From: Octopus vulgaris
Lineage: Eukaryota
NCBI GenBank assembly: GCA_951406725.2
Contig: OX597814.1
Coordinates: 110,918,001 to 110,982,000 of the forward strand
DNA length: 64,000 bases
Direction: 5' to 3'
Within the stretch, counting starts at the first letter, position 1; each line of letters opens with the position of its first letter. The notes below the pieces were generated by a model. The model worked only from the letters and a program-made list of their open reading frames with translations, made no database searches and was not told where the DNA came from. Positions 12,201-64,000 of this stretch are shown one piece after another. The translations under genes were made by a program, and so were the position numbers.

Positions 12201-14211
12201 GAACCTTGGGCAAGTGTCTTCTAATATAGTTCCTGGGCCAACCAAAGTCTTGTGAAGAGCTGCCCAGACTCTGCATCTGTTTTGGCATGTTGTCTATGGC
12301 TAGATGCCCTTCCTAATGCCAACCACTTTACAGAGTGGACTGGGTGCTTTTTACCTGGCACCAGCACCCATGAACCTGCAAGGTTAGGAATGCTCAGCTG
12401 GAAAAGGATGCAGGGGGACAGTCTGTATGCAAAGACAGCCATGCTTTTACTGAGCTTGATGTGTCTTTTCAAGCACAGCAAACTGCCAGAAGTCTCAGAC
12501 CCCTGTCATCCCCTCTGTAAGTCTCAATGTCTGTAGATCCTTTCTCACCACTTCATCCCACGTCTTCTTGTGGGTCTACCTTTTTCATGTGTTCTCTCTA
12601 CAATTTGAGATCAGCAACCCTTTGTGCAGCTGTCTTCATTTATATGCATTACATGGTTTACCAGCACATCTACATCTGATGCCTCGCACACCCAATTTTT
12701 CACTCAAGTCACACTTTGTCATATATGCACATTGACATTACCCATCCAGTGGCGCATGCTGGCTTCATTTCTTTCAAGCCTTCACATATCCTCAGTAGTC
12801 ACAACCCATGTCTCACTGCCATGTAGCATAGCTGTTTGCATGCAGACATCATACAATCTGCCTTTTACTCTGAGGGAGAGGCCCTTCATGGCTAACAGAG
12901 GTAGTAGCTCTCTGAACTTTACCCAGCCTATTCTTATTCTGGCAGCTATGCTTTCAGAACAACCTCCCCAGTTACTAACTTGGTCAGTTAAGTAACGGAA
13001 ACTGTCTACTACTTCTAAGGACCCCCACTGACATTTGAGGGAGTTTATTTTCTGTACATTCCTGGTATTTGATGTTCCTGTACATCCGCCACAATGTAAA
13101 AGACTACTTTCTTTGTTAGTCCTCCAGTGATACCACTGCACCTCTTTTGTGTCCATGGCTTGCACTGGGTACACTTTACAGAGTTTCTCCCAACACCTTT
13201 TCTGCATATTGAGCAGGGCCATCTACCTGAAGGATCTGTGGTTTGTCTGTTTTTCTACTTAAATATTTAAGTAGAAAAACAAAGTATTGATATCATATTG
13301 AAAATTAATAATTAAAACACTGTGGCAGTTTGTTTACTCGTTAGAAATATTGTCAGGAAAAGGTGAAGTGAATTGAAATGACATTCAAAAATGGTTTGGT
13401 CTTAGGGTTTGTGTGCAAACAAAATATTCCTTAATGTCAATTTAGCCTTGGAGAAAAAATTGCTCCATCAATGACTAATCTTTTGGAAGACGAAGAACAA
13501 CCAGAAGATGACCTCCCTGCAGCTTTCCTTGAAGATAGACCAGTTTTTGAACCATTGGTTAGTATCATTACGCTTTATAACAACGATGTTTTTTTTTTGT
13601 TTTTTTTAAATCGAAATCAAACTCGGTGACTGGCATCCGTTGCTAGTGGAGCGCTAAGAGTACCATACGAGTGAGATCGTGCCAGAGCAACAAGCTGGCC
13701 TTCGTGCCGTTGTCATGTTTAAGCACACCATTTGAGTGTGATCGTTACCGCATTGCCTTACTCGCACTTGTGCTGGTGGCACATGAAACATTTGAGTGAG
13801 GTCGTCGCTAGTGCCACTGGATTGGCTCCTGTGCAGGTAAAAAGGACCATTTGGGCGTGGCCGTTGCCAGTACCACCAAACTGGCCCTCGTGCTGGTGGC
13901 ACGTAAAAGCACCCACTACACTCTTGGAGTGGTTGGTGTTAGAAAGGGCAACCAGCTGTAGAAACTCTGCCAGATCAGATTGGAGTCTGGTTCGCCAGAC
14001 CTCAGTCAAATCGTCCAACCCATGCTAGTATGGAAAGCGGACATTAAAAGATGATGATGATTTTTTTTGTATTATATTTTTCTTACATTCATTATTAAAT
14101 TTTTAACTTTGTCTTTTTCAGCCGGACACACTGCCTATGAACAGAACAAATCAACGCTTCTCACAAGCAATGTCAAACCATACGCTCAACAGACGTTCTG
14201 ATATTGTCTGA
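2716..14211 (+). CDS. CUEDC1: CUE domain-containing protein 1, 3' part; join(2716..3258,4832..5036,7101..7172,11385..11510,11629..11701,13446..13557,14122..14211)
   Basis: Motifs YRNWNPPMLGTLPDDFLR, YLADEHLAIVIQNSEFLQEL and EDAELRSQLKHMGR-ASRKQFVTLARKF match the CUEDC1 family as I recall it. All GT-AG junctions are phase-compatible; TGA at 14209-14211. CUE-domain exons lie upstream of the window. Confidence 0.85.
4240..4450 (-). mobile_element. tRNA-derived SINE family B (copies also ~6140-6352, 27075-27290, 32985-33420 x2, 33975-34180, 47920-48085, 48455-48640, 49370-49598, 56640-56855)
   Basis: Head gagctggcagaa..gagttcaaattc (Pol III A/B-box-like) followed by gtcgactttgcctttcatcctttc core, repeated more than 10 times in the window. 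Confidence 0.85.
4590..4750 (-). mobile_element. tRNA-derived SINE family D (copies ~18340-18545, ~24190-24335)
   Basis: Shared tggactggagcaa..gtgaaatgaagtgttttgctc..gaacacaa and a tRNA-like head on the - strand. Confidence 0.7.
4832..5036 (+). CDS. CUEDC1: CUEDC1 exon
   Basis: Polypyrimidine tttag|ATT ... AAA G|gtattg; encodes QYLADEHLAIVIQNSEFLQELRGNEDFMKTLEK. Confidence 0.88.
6806..6855 (+). ncRNA. Minimal type I hammerhead ribozyme motif (Penelope-like)
   Basis: CTGAAGA(6813)-GGAGA taacc TCTCC-GAAA-palindromic TGCATGCA-TT; core intact, stem I weak (gtgg/caac). Confidence 0.65.
7101..7172 (+). CDS. CUEDC1: CUEDC1 exon
   Basis: tatag|AT CGA ATG ... AGT G|gtgagt, 72 nt, phase 1/1. Confidence 0.75.
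7258..7640 (-). mobile_element. RTE-like LINE fragment (RT C-terminal region)
   Basis: QRTMERSMLGISLR and KFRWAGHIARITDNRWT in broken frames. Confidence 0.85.
8541..8875 (+). mobile_element. tRNA-derived SINE family C (copies ~5130-5480, 8185-8520, 17659-18010, 63258-63420)
   Basis: ggagtggctgtgtggtaag..gggttcagtccc head, ggcaccttgggc(aagtgtct) CORE-like segment, gatttggtagacggaaactgaaagaagcc. Confidence 0.85.
8880..9239. repeat. Fold-back element, ~75 bp arms (8880-8955 / 9166-9239), hammerhead-like scaffold in spacer
   Basis: cacaatttaggttagttgaaa... pairs with ...tttcaactaacctagattgtg; spacer 9017-9063 (-) has hammerhead geometry. Confidence 0.8.
9541..9943. repeat. Fold-back element (~400 bp imperfect palindrome)
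   Basis: tgtcacacacctgtgacctc..tcccatgtgtcccctc pairs with gaggggacacatggga..gaggtcacaggtgtgtgaca; outer tatttcaggatgg / ccgtcctgaaata. Confidence 0.85.
10007..10377. repeat. Fold-back element (~370 bp palindrome) with hammerhead motif at apex
   Basis: Arms share catcatctccagctggctatac / gtatagccagctggagatgatg and ctggtttaggatg / catcctaaaccag. Confidence 0.9.
10171..10215 (+). ncRNA. Minimal type I hammerhead ribozyme motif (decayed)
   Basis: TCTGTG-CTGATGA-AGGG aaataa CCCA-GAAA-TCGCAA-TA-CACAGA. Confidence 0.7.
11385..11510 (+). CDS. CUEDC1: CUEDC1 exon
   Basis: gacag|AT ATT ... CGT G|gtaagt; encodes DEDAELRSQLKHMGR. Confidence 0.85.
11629..11701 (+). CDS. CUEDC1: CUEDC1 exon
   Basis: ttctag|CT TCC AGA ... 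GAC AT|gtatccttt (U12-type donor). Confidence 0.82.
11868..12183 (+). mobile_element. SINE-like family A with (GAT)n tail (about 20 copies, e.g. + 13625-14060, 22920-23566, 24375-24720, 39800-40279; - 30645-30990, 31694-32358, 36468-36790, 37290-37480, 63423-63620)
   Basis: Conserved ggttggcgttaggaagggcatccagctgtagaaac core, 3' ccaacccatgctagcatggaaa..cgttaaacgatgatgat, variable number of upstream ~60 bp units. Confidence 0.88.
12500..13260 (-). mobile_element. RTE-like LINE fragment
   Basis: LEVVDSFRYL..ARIRIGWVKFRELLPLL..KGRLYDVCMQTAMLHGSETW (ORF 12782..13222). Confidence 0.88.
13446..13557 (+). CDS. CUEDC1: CUEDC1 exon
   Basis: Encodes LGEKIAPSMTNLLEDEEQPEDDLP; ends TTG|gttagt. Confidence 0.8.
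14122..14211 (+). CDS. CUEDC1: CUEDC1 last coding exon
   Basis: tttttcag|CCG GAC ... GAT ATT GTC TGA. Confidence 0.72.
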   Translation, partial: PDTLPMNRTNQRFSQAMSNHTLNRRSDIV

Positions 14212-16998
14212 AAATGAGTTCTTTGCATAAAAATACTCCAGATAAAAAAAAAAAATTTTTTTTAAAACAAAATGTACTCTGACTTTTAAAAAAATAAGCC
14301 ATCTTAGGGCAATTGATAAAAACTTTTACATAATAATGTTCTTGATTCATTGAGATTACAATTGACATTCAACTGGGTGTGCAATCACATACATACACAC
14401 ACACAAATATCTGCTTTTCTGCCGACATATATTTTTAATATAAAATGCGTGTTTATAAGTTTTAAGAGTACATATGTACATGAGTGCGAGTGAAATCGGT
14501 GTGCATTAATGGTCACAATTTTACAACTTCCCTGCAGTAACACACACACACATGTGCATTTGTTTATTTGCATTAGATTGCATATATTATATATCTCCAT
14601 CATAGGACAAGCATATCCTATGCAAATCATATGGTTGTTAACTGAGAAACTGTAAAAAAAAAAAAAAAACCCCAAAAAAACAAAAAGTAAACATTTCTTC
14701 ACTATATCAATGAGGTGGTCATGTTTACTTCATTGCCTCTAATCCTTCCTCTGTTCTTCAGATCATCAATTAGAAACGAGATTTGCTGATTAGGCATTAT
14801 TTTTATTTTCATATGTAAACAAAAATATTCTTTATTGGTTCATACTCCCATTTTAAAACAGTATACATACATACACACACATATATATATATACACACTC
14901 ACACACTTTTCATTTTACAATTTTGTTTTTAAGTGTCTAAAGTAGGAATTTTTTTTTCCTAAATCGTTAATGAAATACAATCTTATACCTCTATAATTTT
15001 TTTTTAAACTTGGGAAATATTGCGAAAAAAAAAAAAAAAAAAAACTTTGCAATCATGGATTTATTTTCCATATCTGCCTAACGAAAGATTCGATAATAAA
15101 TTGGAAAAAAAATATATATAAAAAAAAATGTTTGAATCCATCAAGGAAAACATTGCTCTCCTAATTTTGAGTTTGCTTCAGCCATTGTGCCTCTCTTTCT
15201 CTCATCAGCTTTTAATCATCTCTCTCTGGTTATTTTATTTCTAATCTGGAAGTTGTAAACATTTGTTTTCACTTCAGCTCCTTTATTCCAGCAGAAATTT
15301 ATAACAACAATCACTGTATCATGTCAAATTCCCTTCCCTCTTTTTTTTTTTTTGTTTAGTCCTAAATGAATAATTAAATCTTGAAATGTTCTTGTTGAAA
15401 ATATTGTTTTACTATGTAAGTCTTATCAGCCAGTAAGTTTTTAATCCAATCCAGAGTGATGATACAGGTGAAAATAGACTTGTATGAATTATGATCTGTC
15501 CCTCCTGCATCAAATGACCCACATCCTCTTTCACAGTCAGTACTGTGCTTACATAGATTACCAAATCTATATAAGTTATTGTTTTACATGGTGGAATTGT
15601 TTGTGTCGAGCAAAATGCTTTGCAGAATGTTTTTGCCCTTTCTGTTCTTAGTTCAGATTATGTTGAGGTCAATTTTATTTTTCATCCTTTTACAGCAGGT
15701 TAATTTTAATCCCCTAAAATTTGATGCATTGTGAGAAACATTGTGTGTCTGTATATGCACTACCTTTTAAGTCAATATAGGGTTTGTTGTGGTCTGTCTA
15801 TAGTAGAAGACACATGCCTGGTGCTGCACAGTTATCTACTTAAGCTCCTGATTGCTCCAGGAGCCATATGTGGTTTGTAAGCAAGCTACTTACCACACAA
15901 CCACTCCTGCACATTATATATATGTATATATCTATTTTACTGAAGAGATTTTCTGAAACAAGTCATTTGTCTCATTGGTCTGTTCACATGCAACATAAAA
16001 GTTGTTTCTTTATCAGTGAAATTCCAAATAGCAAAATGCAATAGAAATTGGGTTTTTAGATTAGAAATATCAATTAAGCCTGTCTAATATAATCAGGTTG
16101 ATTTTTTTTTTTTCTCCAACTTAAAATACCAAGGAAAATCACTATATATAACTATAATAAAACTGTTTTAAAATTGTTAGTCAACTTTCAATGAAACAAA
16201 TTGAAAAATTACAAACTTCTTCATTATTAATCCTGGCCAAAATATATCATTTGTGTCCAATTAAGATTACAAGCCTAATGGTGTTACACATCTAGATGAT
16301 AGCTAAGTTTTTAGCTCACAAAATGTCTTGCTGTGCATCCTTTACATGTGCCAGTATTCAAGGCCAGTTTTTGCTGAAGTTACAAACTTTCAGTGTACAT
16401 TTTTAGAATGTTCTTTTTCTAATAATTTGTAGAAAAACAACAACCGGCATATTTACTTCTGAAGCTGCCAGAACATATTCAAAATGAATTGACATGTTAT
16501 TTGGAGTCTTGCTGTTCTCTGTGTATCTCATGAATTATCAGTTTGTCAGATACTAAACATGTAGCAGCAAATTAATTTGTTTGATTTCTATAAACAAGAA
16601 CCAGTACCCTGGTTAGATTCATTGGTCTGGAGGTAAGCTTTGACTGAGAAAACCCCAAGAACATCAATAAATCATGTGTGTTATAAACACGCATTAGCAA
16701 AGGTGAGGTGTTTCCCTGAGATGAGAGACAACAGCAATCAGCATACTCACTTTCAAATCTGCCAGAACGTATTGAGCCTAAGTAGATAACATTATTATTA
16801 TTTGGATTCTCAGACTTTTGCATGCACCTCATCAATTATAATTGATTACAGGAGGATCAGTTAATTGTAATTTTATTCAACATACCTCCGTCTCAGATTC
16901 ACACACTTATTGCAGCAGTCTTCCAGTTTTTCTAAGATTAAAATAAATAAAAATTTTAATTATACTAGTTTAAATACTTGGCTTGGAGCTAATTGAAA

Positions 16999-17795
16999 GA
17001 AATCATATACGATAAATTACAGCAATGATAGTTTCTGTTTAGTGAAATGTATTAAATGCAATAATTATCTAGATTTGGATAATTTAGTGAAGAGTATTTC
17101 CCATTCCCAACAGAAGCACAATTAGTCTTTGTTTGCTTGCCAGGCTATACATATATTTGTAATTAAAGTCAGTATTTTCTTAATGGTGAAATATATTTGA
17201 TGACACACGGTTTTATTTATTTACAGCCAAAAAAAAAGAAATGTTTTAATTTGACCTGCAAATGATTATGGTTATTTGCTTAAACTTATAACTATTTCAC
17301 TAATCTCCACAATTGCAGGGGTGGGGGAATAGATGTGTGTTAACACTTGTGGTATGCAAATTAGTAGCTCATTATCTGAAGCTACTGTAATTGTTAAGTA
17401 AACAAATTAGTTGCTCATTTCTCTGGGATTGATGAAATTGATGTAGGCACCTCTGATGAGAAGCCAATCAGAGTCCAAAAACGAAAAAAAATCAATTAAG
17501 ATTGTTCATTTATTTTTCAATCTGTTTATAAAGATACTACACTAATCCCTTGACTATTGCAGGTGTTACGTTCCAAAATCCCCATACGACAGGTGAAAAT
17601 CTGCAAAGTAAAAACAATACTGCACTGTACATTTTATACTATATATATATATATATATGTGCAGGAGTGGCTGTGTGGTAAGTAGCTTGCTTACTAACCA
17701 CATATGGCACCGGGCATGTGTCTTCTACTATAGCCTCGGGCCAACTAAAGCCTTCTGAGTGGATTTGGTAGACGGAAACTGAAAGAAGCCCGTTG

Positions 17796-17827
<32 letters not shown>

Positions 17828-18330
17828 AGTCCCACCATTGCTTGACAACTGATGTTGGTATGTTTACATCCCCGTAACTTAGAGGCTCAGCAAAAGAGAC
17901 TGATAAGATAAGCACTAGGCTTTTAAAGAATAAGTCTTGGGGTCGATTTGTTTGACTAAAGGCAGTGCTCCAGCATGGCCACAGTCAAATGACTGAAATG
18001 AATAAAAGAATATATATTATAAATGCAAAACAACACCATGAAGGAATCGACGTAAGCTTAAATATTAAACCGCGATATGGTGAGGGATCACTGTATATAG
18101 GTTTCATTCACATTTGTATTCAAATAAACCAGAGGATATCTCTGCTATTAGACTTTTTGATGATGTGAAGCAAGAGTAAAGTTCATCAAGTGCAAACAAA
18201 GACTAAATTGTGCTTCTGTTGGGAATGGGACATACTCTTCAATAAATTATCTGAATCTAGATAATTATTGTATTTAATACATTTCATTAAACAGAAACTA
18301 TCATTGCTGTAAATTATCTCATATAGATTT
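16999..18330. repeat. Spaced inverted repeat, ~140 bp arms (16999-17139 / 18187-18330)
   Basis: ttacagcaatgatagtttctgttta..cccattcccaacagaagcacaa is the reverse complement of ttgtgcttctgttgggaatggg..taaacagaaactatcattgctgtaa. Confidence 0.85.
17540..18093. mobile_element. Tigger/pogo-like MITE interrupted by a family C SINE
   Basis: TA|cactaatcccttgactattgcagg ... ccgcgatatggtgagggatcactg|TA imperfect TIRs; SINE at ~17659-18010 nested inside. Confidence 0.6.
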
Positions 18331-20364
18331 ATAAGGGCTGGTTTCCTGGTTTCTGTGGTGGATATATTCCCCACTGGGATGAGATGCTAGGTCCATTGCA
18401 AGATTACTCACCTTTTACCAGCTCAGTGGACTGGAGCAATGTGAAATGAAGTGTTTTGTTCAAGAACACAATGTATCACCCGACCCAAGAAGCGATACCA
18501 CAATCTTATGGACCATGAATCCAACACCCTAACCACTAAGCTATGTGCTTCTATGAAGATCTGAAAGGCAGTTAATAATTCAGAGACGCCATCTGCCATG
18601 AAAAACAATAAGGTGAGCTAGTATTAAAAAGCTGTAGAGGATATTAGAAAAATAAGTGGTGAAGTAGGTGGTGGTGGGGGGGATATCTTTTTACTGAATG
18701 CTTTATACAGTTTCATATTTTCTGAGAAAATACAATAGATATTTGGTCATGTTTTGGTCTTTTTTCTGATGTCTTCAGGGAAGTAGTGATGCAGGAATCA
18801 CCAATTGTCATCATTTAACATCTGTCTTCTACACTGGCATGGGTTGGATGGTTTGACAGGAGCTGGTAAGTCCAGGGGGGCCACATCAGTGGCTCCAGTG
18901 TCTGTTTGACATGGTATCTATAGCTAGATGCCCTTCTTAATGCCAGCCACTTTACAGAGTGGACTGGGAGCTTTTCACATGGCACCAGCACCAACAGACC
19001 CATCGACTAACTTGCAAGACAAAACTGAAAATTATACATCTATAAACAAATCTAATTTTCAGTGAAAATAAAGGTTGTATATATATTTTTTTTTACTTAG
19101 CAAATCCTTTGTCACTATATTAGCAAATAGAGAGAGGCTTTGCCTCACTAAAGGGATCATAATAAAACTTGCACATGTATCCTGCAGCTTCCCAGAAAAT
19201 AGGAAATGTTAGTTATTAACATTTTAATGCTGCTCTGTGCCTGATAAAGCAAATTCCCATATTTATCATTCCAAAGAGTTTCAAGATTAACTCAGTTTAC
19301 CAATATTGATTCTGTTAATTCCCCAATGGTCAAGTGCCACAATTTTAAATATATTCTCTTGGCTAAATATTAAGGGTCAAAAGTGAATCTGGTCAAATGG
19401 ATCATCTGAAGACAAAGATGAAATTAAGGAGGCTGAAAACCAATTGTTCCAATTTACCCATCTTGATGATAGAAGCTGGGAACCCTAAAAATTAGACACA
19501 TTGAGACATACATTTTATTCCTTATTTAGGATGATAAAGTTTTCCCTTATTAATTGAAATGGGATAGGAGAAAATATAACTTTTACCTTTACACAGTAGA
19601 ACACAGAAGGAAAGTTCAAATCTAGCCTTTGCTATGTTTTACAGTGAAAACATGATGAAAGGTGGGGGGAAAAAATCTTTGTCATAATTACTTACAATCA
19701 TCATCATCATTAATTAATGTCTGTTTTCTATGCTGGCATGGGTTGAATGGTTTGACAGAAACTGGTAAACCAGAGGACTGCATCGGGCTCCAACTGTTTT
19801 GGTGTGGTTTTTAATGACTGCAAAGTGGTTGGTGTTAGCAGGAAGGACATTCAGAGTGAACAATACAATAGCTTTAACTGGATTTAAATTTTTGCCTTTA
19901 TCATTTAAATTAAACAATAAATAATTACTTTCACCCACCACAAAAGAAAGAAAAACAAAAGGAAATATCAGGCAACGGAAAACTAGCATGTGAATGATAA
20001 ATGCTATAGGGTCATTTTAAATAATGATTTACCTGAGAAAATATACCAGATTCTGTAGCATCAAATTTTCATTTGGTTTAGAAAAGTAAACCTTTTGATG
20101 GAATTTAGAAGACAGAATAATGGGAAATATTCTGATCAGATCATAAAACCTGTTTCAAGAAACAATGTGAACCAACTGATGATGAATAATAAATCACACA
20201 ACTTGTATCTTTACTGACAATTTATCTCAAATGGATGATGGTTAAAACATGAGTGGTGGTTATGAGATGAACTCTTTCAATGAATAAGATTCATTTGAAA
20301 ACTTGTTTTTATATAAATACACACACATACGCGCAAAATATGGAAAAGAAAATTATACAAGATT

Positions 20365-20395
<31 letters not shown>

Positions 20396-20463
20396 TATAC
20401 AAAATTTTAAAAATACGATTTTTTTACTGTTTTGCAAATGAAATAATCTATTCTTATAAAGTA

Positions 20464-61130
<40,667 letters not shown>

Positions 61131-61196
61131 CTAGAAAATTGATTAAAAAAATTTGGATTAATTATTTTAATAATTCAATATATCAATTCCACCTTT

Positions 61197-61300
61197 ATTT
61201 ACATTATTTAAATTGGATGGATATTTGTCCTCATTTTGTTTGTTGTTAACAACAAACAACAAGCAAGACGAGGATAAATATCTGTCAAATGTAAATAATG
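61197..61300. repeat. Short fold-back (~100 bp hairpin)
   Basis: gatatttgtcctcattttgtttgttgtt / aacaacaagcaagacgaggataaatatc. Confidence 0.75.
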
Positions 61301-62337
61301 TACATAATTCCTCATCTCTTAAATATAGAACTGAATAATTTCACCATTCTTTAGCATTTCTAATAGTATTGTAGTGTTAGTCAACTAGCATGAATCTCCA
61401 CTATATTTTTGAAGTGGAAAAAGTATTTTAGGAATATAATTTAGTTCAGATTTTCACCTCTGCTGACATATGCCCCAAAACTCATGCCAATGTTTAAAAT
61501 TACAAACTCAGTCAACTTATACAATATAAAAAACATGAAAATAAAGTCAACTTATACAGTATAAAAACATGAAAATAAAAGGTAGAATATATACAGCAAT
61601 ACTTATTGGATAGTAAAAGGTAGAAACGAAAAATGTATATATTCCATATTTCAGTACAAACTAAATAAATAATACAGATCATCATCGTCGTTTAATGTCC
61701 ACTTTCCATACTGGCATGGGTTGGATGGTTAACTGAGGACTGGCGAGCCAGAAGGCTGCACTAGGCTCCAATCTGATCTAGCAAAGTTTCAGGAATCATG
61801 TATGAAAGGACAAATGACAAAGCAATGTTCATCCCATGCTTATTTAATATTTCCTTTTGATCAGATTTCAGTTGGGTTGAATAATAAACCCATCCCCCCA
61901 CTCCACCTTTACTCTCCTCCCCCATACAGCCAGTTGTTCAAGCCTGAGTATGACAACTTTTACATTTTTGCTTAGTTATTTAATCTATAGGAAAATTATG
62001 AGAAAGAACAACAGACATTGGTTTTTATTTCACTGACTACATAGCTTCATTTAGATTAGAGCAGATTTATTTCTTGTACTTGCTAAAAGGGAAAAAAAAT
62101 GACTTGTTGAAGTTTATTGATAATCTCTTAGCAAAATACAGCAGCAGAAAATCTGGACGTGTGTCATACAATAAAAGTTTCATGTTACAGATCATCTTAA
62201 AAGACGAAATAGAATTAGATCTCAATGTAGATTGTTTGCCTCTAGAAATGAACTAAATAATGCTATAAAACTAAAGCTTCCTCATTGGCTCTTGTCTTTG
62301 ACCACTTCTTTTGATAACTCTTCAAATAAATTATATA

Positions 62338-63237
62338 TGTGGTCTGATCAATAAGTATCTGGACTGTTGCTATAGTAACGAAGCTAAAGCATGCAGAGTA
62401 AAGCTGTTTGGCACACATTGACCTTGAACTCTACTGTGCATGTGCTGCAAGTTTTAACATTCTAGCCCACTTCCGCTGTTTACAGCAGTGCTTGGAAGAT
62501 GTGTAACGTGTGATTGTAGCGTTGACTATGACAGAGAAAGTTGAGCAGAGAATCTGCATTAAATTTTGCTAAATTTTGCTTGGCAATACCTGCACAGAGG
62601 CCTATGCAAAGTTTTCAAAAAGTTTTCATCATTCTCAACACAATCAAGGAGATCTTGTGCAACTAAAACCAAAGAGTGTCTTTCTGGTTAGCTGAAAGCA
62701 GTTTTGGCACAACCTTGGCAGACACATGTCTCATACCCAAAACTTCAGTGATAACAGACTGGACTGAATTGAACTGTAGCTAATCTGCGCATCCTCTGAT
62801 AACTCACGGATGGTGATTCAACGATTTCCTCTCACAGCTGCATGCACACCTGCAATGTTTTTCTGAGTTCTGCTGGTTGTAGATCTCCCAGAACATTCAT
62901 CAATATCAACATTTGTTTCAGCTATGTTGGAAACATCTGAACCACTCGTCACACTTGTGTGCAGCTCATATACTCCTTTCTATACACTTTCTGCAACTTT
63001 GTGTAGGCCTCTGAGCAGGTATTGTTATGACATCTTTCTCTGTCATGGTCAATGCGCCGATCACATGCTATACACCTTCCTTCCAAGCACTACTGTAAAC
63101 AGCAGAGGTGAGCTAGAATGTTAAAACTTAGCATGCACAGCAGAATTCAAGGTCAATTTTTACCAAGCAGCTTCACTGTGTGCTTTAGCATTGTTACTAT
63201 AGAAGCAGTCCAGATACTTATTATTGATCAGACCTCT
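62338..63237. mobile_element. Mariner-derived element built from two inverted 5' ends
   Basis: ggtctgatcaataagtatctggactg long TIRs; + strand MTEKVEQRICIKFC at ~62528; - strand atgacagagaaag at ~63046 continuing to a decayed HTH region and VPKLL motif. Confidence 0.8.
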
Positions 63238-64000
63238 TCTATGCATACAAATGCAGGGAAGCAGGGCTGCATGGTTAGGAAATTTGCTTCACAACCACAT
63301 GGTTTTGGTTTCAGTTCCACAACATGGCACCTTAAGCAAGTGATTTCCACTATAGCAATGGGTCAATCAAAGCATTGTGGACAGATGTGGTAGAGTGAAA
63401 CTGAAAGAAGCCTGTCATTACCATCATCAACATCATTTAACGTCCGTTGTCCATGCTAGCATTGGTTGGACGGTTTGACCAGGGCTGGCAAGCCGGAAAG
63501 CTGTACCAGACACTAGTCTGATTTGGCATGGTTTCTATGTCTCAATGCTCTTCCTAACACCAACCACTCAGAGTGTAGTAGGTGGTTTTATGTGCCACTG
63601 GCATGGGTACCATTTGCATGACACCAGTATCTGCCATGACTATGATTTCACTTGACTTGATGGATCTTCTCAAGCACAGCATATTGCCAAAGCTCTCGGC
63701 CATTTGTCATTGCCTCTATGAGGCTCAACCCTTGAAAGGTGCTTTTCACAATGCACACACGCACATACACACATCATCATCATCATCATAATAAATGATG
63801 AGGATAATACATGTCTGTGCGTGTGAATAGATGTTTGCCTCCCTGTCTTAACATTGCATGATCATTGTAAATGAATGTCCTTCATTTCCAATATTCTGCA
63901 AAAACATGTCTGGCCTTGGGAAAATATTACTTTGCTTGGAAACTGGTAGGGGTTAATGACAGTAGAAAATCTGTCTCAGTAAAACTGTCCAACCCATGTA

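Larger units (their letters stand above)
11702..13445 (+). other. U12-type (minor spliceosome) GT-AG intron
   Basis: 5' site GTATCCTTT; branch site TTCCTTAAT at 13427-13435 close to AG at 13444-13445; no polypyrimidine tract; frame preserved across the junction. Confidence 0.85.

Noticed and set aside
17453-17490. CTGATGA ... CGAAA possible hammerhead
   Set aside because: No pairing stem II or stem III.
61510-61579. ~34 bp tandem duplication
   Set aside because: Ordinary two-copy slippage in an AT-rich intron.

Overview
AT-rich, repeat-dense animal genomic DNA, most likely Octopus or another coleoid cephalopod (inferred from the tRNA-derived SINEs and TA/CA microsatellites; not verified). 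It holds two convergent, partial, intron-containing genes. On the + strand are the last 7 coding exons of a CUEDC1 orthologue (2716-14211), including a U12-type minor-spliceosome intron (11702-13445). On the - strand are 17 coding exons of TTC28 (TPR repeats, CHAT pseudo-protease domain, long Ser-rich tail; 61130 down to stop at 20464, 2680 codons, all splice phases consistent; 5' end lies beyond the window). Introns carry SINEs, decayed RTE/CR1/R4-type LINE pieces, mariner/Tc1/Tigger/hAT/piggyBac-type DNA elements and non-autonomous Helitrons. The most unusual signal is a set of mutually unrelated fold-back (inverted-repeat) elements carrying minimal Penelope-type hammerhead ribozyme motifs. 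Three cluster within 1.5 kb of one CUEDC1 intron, and in one the hammerhead core sits at the apex of a ~370 bp palindrome. All hammerheads here show some decay, so activity is not claimed. All calls were made by eye; no database searches were run.
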